From the NCBI GenBank assembly GCA_044450345.1, contig JBIOIY010000020.1, positions 1 to 43,223 on the forward strand: a stretch of DNA of 43,223 bases. The letters run 5' to 3'. Position numbers and translations under genes: made by a program. Positions within the stretch are counted from its first letter, which is position 1, and each line of letters starts with the position of its first letter. The notes under the pieces are model-generated. The model saw only the letters and a program-made list of their open reading frames with translations. It had not been told where the DNA came from and ran no database searches. The DNA is from Thermodesulfovibrionales bacterium. Its GTDB lineage: Bacteria; Nitrospirota; Thermodesulfovibrionia; Thermodesulfovibrionales; UBA6898. Positions 19,172-29,057 of the stretch are shown piece by piece.

Positions 19172-19906
19172 CTATTGTGCAGTAAGCCTGCCTTCCTGAA
19201 TTCCAGCCTTCCTTCCGATAGCTTTCACGAATTCCTCTGTGGTCACCACTGTAGCCTGCCGAGGAAAGACCTTCTCCGTCAACACACGCTGTACCTCTTT
19301 ATCCATGTCGGCGCAGGCATCGGAGACGACAAAGAGCTTGTAGTCCATGTCAGCAGCCAAACGTACGGTGGAAAGGACTACTCCGCTTGAAGCAATGCCG
19401 AATAATACGAGCGTATCGATATTTTTAGCACGCAGGATCGTTTCCAGATCGGTCGAGGTGAAGGCTCCCACGCGGCGCTTGGTAACCACTATGTCGCCCG
19501 GCTGAGCTGCGACCTTGGGATGTATCTCGGCCCCCAGAGTGCCTTCACGCAAGCGTCCGGATTCTTTGAGACCGGCAAAAAGCTTGTTCTGCGGACTGAT
19601 CTCGGGGAAACCGTCCCGAAACCGAACGACGACATAGATGACAGGCAGACCGGCTTGGCGCGCTGCCCTGAGGATGGCGCCGGCCTTCTCCAAAAGGGGT
19701 GTTTGTTCATTTGCCGGAAGCATGCCGACAATGTCGTTTTGGTAGTCCATAATCAGAACCGCAGTCCTGGCATTGTCAAGGGCAAGTTTGTCCCGCGTTT
19801 GAATCTTCGTACCCTCTTGTTTGTCAGCAGCGTGAAGCGGTGTGACCGATGAAGTCAAAAACACAGCCAATAGAGCTACCGTCAATGAGATCCAGATGAT
19901 GCGCAT
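19172..19906 (-). CDS. Isochorismatase-like hydrolase with a signal peptide
   Basis: TAVLIMDYQN, KRRVGAF, GIASSGVVLST and SDACAD; N-terminal signal peptide; SD GAGGAGG. Confidence 0.85.
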   Translation of the reverse strand: MRIIWISLTVALLAVFLTSSVTPLHAADKQEGTKIQTRDKLALDNARTAVLIMDYQNDIVGMLPANEQTPLLEKAGAILRAARQAGLPVIYVVVRFRDGFPEISPQNKLFAGLKESGRLREGTLGAEIHPKVAAQPGDIVVTKRRVGAFTSTDLETILRAKNIDTLVLFGIASSGVVLSTVRLAADMDYKLFVVSDACADMDKEVQRVLTEKVFPRQATVVTTEEFVKAIGRKAGIQEGRLTAQ

Positions 19907-20065
19907 GGATTTGTCCTCCTCTTATTGAAAATCAATCGCCCGTGAGGGAGCACACTATCCCATTTGACCGCCTGCGTTACTCCCAAGCGTTCTGCCAGGG
20001 CAGAGCACAGTGGGTTATATTGTAGCTTGCCTGAGGCTATGACTAAGTATTTAATGGGCATCTTA

Positions 20066-20488
20066 TCAGGGTATATCCTCAACCCAGAGGATATATTTCT
20101 TAAACGGCGCATTCTTCAGGGAATTGTAAAGCTTCTTATCCGCAGTGACCATGCGGGAGGAAGTCTTTAAGGAAAGCGCAATATACAGACTGTCGTAAAA
20201 ACTAAGTCGGTAGGAGTCCGCCAAAGTCCACGCGTATTCGAGGGATTCGTCCGTTTTATATGTCTGAAGTGGAAGCCCCTTAAAATCAGTCAACATTTCT
20301 ACTGCGGCATCCGGCTCTATCTCGCCTGCGCGCGATTTTTTCAAAAGCACATTGCCGATTTCGGGAAAGATGAGATCAGGGGCTGTGAGCGTATTATTCT
20401 TCTCAAGCAGGCGAAATGCCGCATTGGCATGGATTTCAGGTACAAGCCATTTAACTGCAACGCTCGCATCTACGACAAACCGATTCAC
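20066..20488 (-). CDS. vapC: VapC/PIN-domain toxin
   Basis: VVDASVAVKW, EIGN, YDSLYIALS and VTAD. Confidence 0.9.
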   Translation of the reverse strand: MNRFVVDASVAVKWLVPEIHANAAFRLLEKNNTLTAPDLIFPEIGNVLLKKSRAGEIEPDAAVEMLTDFKGLPLQTYKTDESLEYAWTLADSYRLSFYDSLYIALSLKTSSRMVTADKKLYNSLKNAPFKKYILWVEDIP

Positions 20489-20718
20489 CGGTCCCTGTCC
20501 TCGCGGATCAATTCCGCGCTGTCGCTGAATTTCCTGCCGGCCAGACGTTTACGCCATTTTTGCGCCCTTGCCCTAAATTCCTCCATTGTCATCTGCTGAG
20601 CGGCCTCTTCAAGGATAAGCTTTGCCTCACCCTGCAGCGAACGCCTATGTTGCTTTGCCCGCGACTTAAGACGATTGATAGTCTCGGGGTCGATGTCCCT
20701 TACAAGCAATTGAGCCAT
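20485..20718 (-). CDS. FitA-like ribbon-helix-helix antitoxin
   Basis: MAQLLVRDID...LKSRAKQHRRSLQGE...DSAELIREDRDR; SD GGAGG; GTGA overlap with the toxin. Confidence 0.9.
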   Translation of the reverse strand: MAQLLVRDIDPETINRLKSRAKQHRRSLQGEAKLILEEAAQQMTMEEFRARAQKWRKRLAGRKFSDSAELIREDRDR

Positions 20719-20742
20719 AGTACCGCCTCCTTGTTCCACTTG

Positions 20743-20781
20743 TGATATCATTATGATAGCACAAGGTTGCAGCCCTTGCAA
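20743..20781 (-). promoter_or_regulatory. TA promoter with overlapping RHH operator
   Basis: TTGCAA-17 bp-TATCAT; TGCTATCA-TAA-TGATATCA overlaps the -10 (TGCTATCA is the Neisseria FitA half-site). Confidence 0.7.
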
Positions 20782-20791
20782 TCTATGCCGA

Positions 20792-20812
20792 AATTTTCAG
20801 TGCCGATGTACA
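20792..20812. mobile_element. IS21-family terminal repeat remnant
   Basis: AATTTTCAGTGCCGATGTACA, 19/21 identical to 21761-21781. Confidence 0.55.
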
Positions 20813-20825
20813 TTTACTTCTTTAA

Positions 20826-20969
20826 ATCAGTGTACTACTTTATTTGTTAGGAGGCGCCAGGAGGTTACACATCAGTAGACAACTTTATTTTGTTAGCCAA
20901 AAGGCATACAATGTCTAAGTTAGTGAAACTATCATACATAGCAGTGTACGACTTTATTATCCATGCACA
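20826..20969 (-). mobile_element. Orphan Tn7-like transposon end with three putative TnsB sites
   Basis: Minus strand starts TGTGCATGGATAATAAAGTCGTACACTG; repeats CAGTGTACTACTTTATT (20828), CAGTAGACAACTTTATT (20873) and CAGTGTACGACTTTATT (20942). Confidence 0.65.
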
Positions 20970-20987
20970 ACAACAAGGAGTCATATC

Positions 20988-21560
20988 ATGAAAGTTATAG
21001 CCTTTAACGGAAGCGCACGCAAAGACGGTAATACTGCAATACTCATAAAAAATGTTTTTAGAGAGCTCAACAATGCCGGGATGGAAACCGAGATGGTACA
21101 GCTATCCGGAAGAAAGATCAGGGGTTGTACGGCCTGTTTTAAATGCTGGGAGAATAAGGACCGGCGATGCGCTGTCAAGGGCGATTACATCGATACCTGC
21201 ATAGAAAAAATGATCGGAGCCGATGGAATTATCCTGGCTTCCCCCACATATTTTGCCGATGTATCCGCGGAGCTTAAGGCCCTCATTGACAGGGCCGGTA
21301 TGGTCTCAAAGGCAAACGGGGACATGCTTAGACGTAAGGTCGGGGTCGCCGTAGTTGCAGAACGAAGGGGCGGGGCAATTCATGTCTTTGATACGATAAA
21401 CCATTTCTTTCTGATTAGTCAGATGATCGTCCCCGGCTCGATCTACTGGAACATGGGAATTGGGAGAGAAAAGGGGGATGTCGAAAAGGATGAGGAAGGC
21501 CTCCTCACTATGAAGGCCCTAGGCGAAAACATGGCATGGCTTTTAACGAAGCTAAAGTAA
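20988..21560 (+). CDS. Iron-sulfur flavoprotein (flavodoxin family)
   Basis: NGSARKDGNT, CTACFKC...C and ASPTYF; SD AAGGAG. Confidence 0.9.
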   Translation: MKVIAFNGSARKDGNTAILIKNVFRELNNAGMETEMVQLSGRKIRGCTACFKCWENKDRRCAVKGDYIDTCIEKMIGADGIILASPTYFADVSAELKALIDRAGMVSKANGDMLRRKVGVAVVAERRGGAIHVFDTINHFFLISQMIVPGSIYWNMGIGREKGDVEKDEEGLLTMKALGENMAWLLTKLK

Positions 21561-21731
21561 CACGTCGGGATTGCCGTTTATTTGGCCCTGTACAACAACA
21601 TAGGTTTATTACTTGTTTACAGGCACGCTTAATGGACCTACTTTTTTTATAGCCTTATCGGCATTCAACCATTACCCGGCCTCCGAGGCCCCTTAACTCC
21701 AGGTTATTAAATCAATTAGCCGCTGAACACC

Positions 21732-21781
21732 GGGTCAAACTTGGACGCCGATGGTGGGTCAATTTTCGGTGCCGATGTGCA
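21732..21781. mobile_element. IS21-family end remnant with two internal repeats
   Basis: GGGTCAAACTTGGACGCCGAT and GGGTCAATTTTCGGTGCCGAT at 24-bp period, ending in CA; no istA/istB in the window. Confidence 0.7.
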
Positions 21782-21889
21782 ATCTTTCCAGCGGTGATAT
21801 AATTATAATAATGCATATTTCACCCGGTAAAAATTGGTCGGAGTCTAAAAAGCATAATAAAGAACCATGGTGAAAAAGGGGAAAAAGGG

Positions 21890-22003
21890 ATGATAGTCGA
21901 AGAAGGTCAACTTAAGGGAGCATTCAGAGGATTCAAAAATCGCGACACGATTTTCGAATTTAATGATGGAGGCAAATGGCAACAGGCACAGTATAAGTAC
22001 CAA
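21890..22003 (+). pseudogene. Probable 5' fragment of a small hypothetical gene
   Basis: First 38 codons are protein-like (FRGFK...FEF..GGKWQQAQYKY) with an SD; the frame then runs into AT-rich sequence and overlaps the gyrB 3' end. Confidence 0.45.
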
Positions 22004-22094
22004 CGAGATCAGAGGGGATTATCTAAATCTAATTTTATTTCAGTTATTGTGAAATTTATTTGCATCTTTTATGAAAACCCAGAAACCCTACAAA

Positions 22095-24521
<2,427 letters not shown>

Positions 24522-24560
24522 TTACTCTAAATTTTTGCAGCCTATTCAGACCGGCTTCCT

Positions 24561-25661
24561 CTAAATCCTCATCGGCATTATCACGCAGCGGTAATCCTCG
24601 TCCTTCTCCTCTTTGATAAGGACAGGGCTCAGGGGCGCCTGAAGATCCAAAACCACCTTTTCAGTCGCCATCGCTTCAAGGATGTCTATAAGATAACGGG
24701 CGTTAAAGCCGAGCGAGACCGCTTCCCCTGTGTATTCCACTGCAAGTTCGTCACGTGCCTCGCCGAGGTCCGGATTTGAGGACGTAAGTGCGATCAGGCC
24801 GTCGGAGAGGTCGAGCTTCACCGCATTGGACCGCTCCCTGGACATTATCGCCACCCTGCGTAGGGTCTTTACAAATGCCTCCCTCTGTGCAGTCACTTTT
24901 TTCTCGTTACCTGTGGGGATCACCTGCTCATAATTCGGATAGGTCCCTTCGATCAGCCTCGTAAGGAACTGTATTTCCCCTATCGAGAAGAGGACGTGGT
25001 TTTTGCAGAGTGTCATCCGGACATTGCTTTCATTTTTATCGAGGAGTTTTCTCAGTTCTGCTGCGGCCTTCCTCGGGATGATCAGTTTCCGCTCTTCTTT
25101 TACGGCCCCTTCGATATCTCTCTTTATCAATGCGAGCCGGTGGCCGTCCGTCCCTACCACGGTGACCTTGTCCCCGGGGACCAGATGGAAAAGGAGGCCG
25201 TTGAGGGTATATCTGGTATCACTCTCACCCGCAGCATAGACTGTCTTTTCTATCACCTCTGTCAGGACCTTTGCGCTGACCTGTATCTCTTCCATATCTT
25301 CCATGCCGGGCCATGCGGGAAATTCTTTCGCGGACAGGCAGGCGAGTCTGAAGCTGCTCGCTCCGGCCTTAAGTTTAAGCCACTGTTCATCAACCGATTC
25401 AAGCAGAAGGTCGCCCTCGACCTCCCTCACGATCTCGAACATCTTCCTCGCGGGGATGCATATTTTACCTTCTTTTTCCACCTTCATCTGGAGGGGCTCC
25501 TTCAGGGCGGTGTCGAGGTCGGTTGCGGTAATGAATGAGCCGGCTTTGCCGGCGTCCAGGAGAAAATGGCTCAGGATAGGCATCGTGTTCCTCTTCTCGA
25601 CAATGTTTTGTATATTCGAGAGCTTCGCCAGAATTTCGTCCTTGGAGACAATAATTTTCAT
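24561..25661 (-). CDS. dnaN: DNA polymerase III beta clamp
   Basis: ATDLD, GTDGHRL, FNARYL and terminal IMPMRI; lies between dnaA and gyrB. Confidence 0.98.
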   Translation of the reverse strand: MKIIVSKDEILAKLSNIQNIVEKRNTMPILSHFLLDAGKAGSFITATDLDTALKEPLQMKVEKEGKICIPARKMFEIVREVEGDLLLESVDEQWLKLKAGASSFRLACLSAKEFPAWPGMEDMEEIQVSAKVLTEVIEKTVYAAGESDTRYTLNGLLFHLVPGDKVTVVGTDGHRLALIKRDIEGAVKEERKLIIPRKAAAELRKLLDKNESNVRMTLCKNHVLFSIGEIQFLTRLIEGTYPNYEQVIPTGNEKKVTAQREAFVKTLRRVAIMSRERSNAVKLDLSDGLIALTSSNPDLGEARDELAVEYTGEAVSLGFNARYLIDILEAMATEKVVLDLQAPLSPVLIKEEKDEDYRCVIMPMRI

Positions 25662-25673
25662 GTAAACCCCTCC

Positions 25674-27008
25674 TTAATTCTTTATCTTCTGTAAAAGGTT
25701 TTCCATCATTCTGTTGAATGTTTCGTCCTTCGTCCTTCGCTCTTCTATCTGCTTGCAGGCGTAAATGACCGTTGCGTGGTCCTTTCCGCCGAAATGCTTC
25801 CCGATATCGCTGAGGGAAGATTCGGTGGTCTGCTTGCTGAGATACATAGCCACCTGACGCGGCAGTGCGATGTCCTTCGTTCTTCTTTTTGCCTTGATGT
25901 CCGCAAGACTTATATTATAGAAGTCGCAGACAATTTTTTGGACCGCTTCGACCGTGACCGGTCTTTCGTCGTCGTGAATGATGTCTTTCAGGATCTTTTT
26001 TGTAGTTTCGAGATTGATCTCCTCCCCGGTCAGCGACGCCTGCGCCGCGATCCGGATAAGGCAGCCCTCGAGTTCCCTTATATTGGAACGTATCTTTGCC
26101 GCCAGGAAATTGGCGACATCCTCTGGGATCTTTTTTAATGCCATCATATCCGATTTTTTGTATATGATGGCAAGCTTTGTCTCTATGTCGGGCGGCTGGA
26201 TATCGGCGATGAGGCCCATGTTGAATCTCGACCTCAAACGATCGGTCACCTCGCTGATCTCCTTTGGAGGCCGGTCGCAGGAGATGACGATCTGTTTTTG
26301 TTTTTCGTAGAGGGCGTTGAAGGTATAAAAGAACTCTTCCTGGGTCGCGGTTTTTTTTGCGATAAACTGCACGTCATCAAGCAAGAGCAGGTCGAGGTTC
26401 CTGTATTTGTCCTTCAACTCGACCATCCTGTCGTGTCGCAGGGATGAAACGACTTCATTCGTAAATTGTTCCGATGAAACATACAGGACCGAGAAGTCAC
26501 TGCGTGAATCGAGCACCTTGTTTCCTATGGCATTCATCAAGTGGGTTTTTCCCAACCCTACGCCGCCGTAAATAAAAAGTGGATTATAGGTCTTTCCGGG
26601 AGAATCAGCTACGGCGATTGCCGCGGCATGGGCGAACTGATTGCTGTTGCCTGTGATAAAATTCTCGAAGGTATATTTCGGATTGAGATAGATCCCTTTG
26701 CTCGCGAGTCTTATTCTTCTGCTTTCGAGTTTTTCTATGATCTTTTTCTGCGTATTTTGCTGTTTTTCCTCGATCTTGTATCGCAGTGTGACGGGATATC
26801 CCACAACCGTCTCTATAGACTCTTTAATAAGGTTGGGATAAGAATCCTCGATCCATTCTTTAAAAAAACGGTTTGGGATTTCGAGCGTCGCAGTCTGCTC
26901 CTTTAAATGAGAGAGTTTAATAGGCTTAAACCAAAGGTCATAGATAGTGGCGCCTATTTTTCCCTCTATTTTCGAAAGGCTCTTATTCCAAATCTCTTCT
27001 ATAGTCAT
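25674..27008 (-). CDS. dnaA: Chromosomal replication initiator
   Basis: YTFENF, YNPLFIYGGVGLGKTHL, DDVQF, RLRSRF, NIRELEG; domain IV KDHATVIYA. Confidence 0.98.
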   Translation of the reverse strand: MTIEEIWNKSLSKIEGKIGATIYDLWFKPIKLSHLKEQTATLEIPNRFFKEWIEDSYPNLIKESIETVVGYPVTLRYKIEEKQQNTQKKIIEKLESRRIRLASKGIYLNPKYTFENFITGNSNQFAHAAAIAVADSPGKTYNPLFIYGGVGLGKTHLMNAIGNKVLDSRSDFSVLYVSSEQFTNEVVSSLRHDRMVELKDKYRNLDLLLLDDVQFIAKKTATQEEFFYTFNALYEKQKQIVISCDRPPKEISEVTDRLRSRFNMGLIADIQPPDIETKLAIIYKKSDMMALKKIPEDVANFLAAKIRSNIRELEGCLIRIAAQASLTGEEINLETTKKILKDIIHDDERPVTVEAVQKIVCDFYNISLADIKAKRRTKDIALPRQVAMYLSKQTTESSLSDIGKHFGGKDHATVIYACKQIEERRTKDETFNRMMENLLQKIKN

Positions 27009-27300
27009 GCGTTAAACTGCCCTTACTGACATATTCTTAACAATTGTTAGTAACTCGTTTTGGGAGGTAAGCTATTATATCTTAATTTGATATTTCAGAC
27101 AACATCCCTGTGGCTTTCCTGTTGGTATCATGTACTATTTCTTGCCGGGGAATTTTTATCGATAAGTTACGTATCTTCCTCACAGACATTCAGGGCCGAT
27201 TTATCGTTAGCAATCAGCTTGTTGTATCCTATTTATACTTACTGACATGCCCTACTACAACTACTATCTTAATTATTAATCAAGTAATAGAAGGATAGGC
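27009..27300. other. Probable oriC
   Basis: AT-rich region upstream of dnaA; repeated TTACTGACA-like 9-mers; box-TGCC-CTA CTA CAA CTA CTA-AT-rich module; gene orientation switches here; parS and parAB 10 kb away. Confidence 0.8.
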
Positions 27301-27309
27301 ACTATTACC

Positions 27310-27338
27310 TTGACAGAAAAAAAGCTACGGCTTAATCT
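27310..27338 (+). promoter_or_regulatory. Sigma70-type promoter of the kdsC operon
   Basis: TTGACA-17 bp-TAATCT. Confidence 0.55.
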
Positions 27339-27403
27339 ATTTTTTGTGCCGTTTTTCCGATAATATAATAGGCGGAATGCCTCTATTTCGAGAGGGATAG
27401 CCA

Positions 27404-27931
27404 GTGAGAAAAAAAACGAAATCAAATATTGCCAAAATAGCAAGAAATATCAAGCTTCTTATTCTCGATGTGGATGGCGTGCTGACGGACGGCAGCATCA
27501 CCCTGGACAACAAGGGAAATGAATATAAATCATTCTATGTCCGTGACGGTCATGGAATTAAGATGCTGCTGCGCGCAGGCATCGAGGTTGCAATCCTTAC
27601 CGGCAGAGAATCCAGAGTCGTTGAAAGGAGGGCCTCCGAGCTTGGCATTAAAGAGGTCTATCAGAAATGTTTCGACAAGACAGCCGTGTACCACGCCCTC
27701 ACTGAAAAGTTCTCGCTTTTGGACACGGAAGTCGCATACATGGGCGACGACGTTGTAGACGTGCCGGTAATGAAAAAAGCGGGCATGCCGGTTACCGTCG
27801 CCGATGCTGCCGGGGGGATGGGAAAATATTCATTGTTCATAACGAAAAATAGGGGGGGCCGGGGGGCCGTAAGGGAAGTAACTGATCTTATTTTGTCTTC
27901 AAAGGGTCTATTGGAAAAGGATGATGGATGA
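27404..27931 (+). CDS. kdsC: KDO 8-phosphate phosphatase
   Basis: LDVDGVLTDG, RDGHG, YMGDD and GGRGAVRE. Confidence 0.9.
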   Translation: MRKKTKSNIAKIARNIKLLILDVDGVLTDGSITLDNKGNEYKSFYVRDGHGIKMLLRAGIEVAILTGRESRVVERRASELGIKEVYQKCFDKTAVYHALTEKFSLLDTEVAYMGDDVVDVPVMKKAGMPVTVADAAGGMGKYSLFITKNRGGRGAVREVTDLILSSKGLLEKDDG

Positions 27932-28476
27932 GTACCTTGAGGCTTAACATACCGACGGTCCTGACCTTAAGCAGGATCGTCCTTATACCCTTTTTCGTAA
28001 TTTCTATCAATCATCATCCGATCCTCGGCGCCTTCGTCTTCGGGGTTGCGTCCCTGACAGACTTCCTCGACGGCTATCTCGCAAGACGTTCCGGCCAGAT
28101 AACGAAATTCGGTATCATTATGGACCCTATCGCGGACAAATTTCTCATCATAACGGCCCTCGTGGTTTTGGTCGATATGAACTGGCTCTCTTCATGGATA
28201 GCTATCATTATCATCGCGAGAGAATTCCTGGTGACCGCGTTAAGAGTCGTTGCTCTTTCGAAGGATATCATCATTCAGGCTGAGATCGGCGGTAAATTGA
28301 AGATGACCATGCAGATAACAGGTATAATCTGCCTGATACTGCCGAGGGATTTTTTGGGGATAGACCTCTGGGGTCTGGATGTAAAGGATATAGGAAGTGA
28401 TATTATGGTCGTCTCACTGGTATTGGCGGTCATCTCGGGCTTTCAATATACGATAGCCTTCTGGAAAAGAATATGA
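27928..28476 (+). CDS. pgsA: CDP-diacylglycerol--glycerol-3-phosphate 3-phosphatidyltransferase
   Basis: TDFLDGYLAR...G..MDPIADK CDP-alcohol phosphotransferase motif; GKLK. Confidence 0.93.
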   Translation: MSTLRLNIPTVLTLSRIVLIPFFVISINHHPILGAFVFGVASLTDFLDGYLARRSGQITKFGIIMDPIADKFLIITALVVLVDMNWLSSWIAIIIIAREFLVTALRVVALSKDIIIQAEIGGKLKMTMQITGIICLILPRDFLGIDLWGLDVKDIGSDIMVVSLVLAVISGFQYTIAFWKRI

Positions 28477-29057
28477 AGGTTTTATTCCTGGCGTCCCTTG
28501 CATTTCTTCTGGGGTCCCTGCCGACCGGCCTTCTGATCGCCAAGGTCAGGGGTGTCAACCTGAAAGAGACCGGAAGCGGCAATATCGGCGCGACGAATGT
28601 GTTACGGACTACCGGAAAGGGGCCGGCTCTTCTCACCCTCGTAGGAGACTCTGCAAAGGGGGCGGTTGCTGTCCTTATCGCCAGATACTTTGGTGCAGGG
28701 GTTTTTTTTGAGGGAGTGGTGGGTCTATGTGCGGTGCTCGGGCATAATTTTTCTCTCTTTCTGAAGTTCAGAGGCGGCAAAGGGGTGGCCACCAGCTTAG
28801 GGGTGCTGACTATTTATTCTCCACAAACAGGGCTTCTTACTATTATAATATGGCTGATGACCGTTCTTATTACGAGATATTCTTCTCTCGGAGCACTCGT
28901 TTCTTTCGGCCTTCTGCCTCTCGGCGCCCTGGTTCTTGATTCGCGCGAGAAAGTACCTCTGCTATTTTTGATGACCTTGTTGATATTTGTCCGCCATAAG
29001 GACAATATACGGCGTATCATAAAAGGCACGGAACCGAGAATAGGTGCACGAATATGA
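28473..29057 (+). CDS. plsY: Glycerol-3-phosphate acyltransferase
   Basis: GSGNIGATN, GHNFS, GGKGVAT and RHKDNI. Confidence 0.95.
   Translation: MKVLFLASLAFLLGSLPTGLLIAKVRGVNLKETGSGNIGATNVLRTTGKGPALLTLVGDSAKGAVAVLIARYFGAGVFFEGVVGLCAVLGHNFSLFLKFRGGKGVATSLGVLTIYSPQTGLLTIIIWLMTVLITRYSSLGALVSFGLLPLGALVLDSREKVPLLFLMTLLIFVRHKDNIRRIIKGTEPRIGARI

Noticed and set aside
20826..20958. Three direct repeats as a mini-CRISPR array
   Set aside because: Repeats are short, imperfect and unevenly spaced (45 and 69 bp), there are no cas genes, and a Tn7-like end explains them better
17700..22090. Integron cassette array
   Set aside because: No convincing attC palindromes and no intI; genes are in mixed orientation with their own promoters
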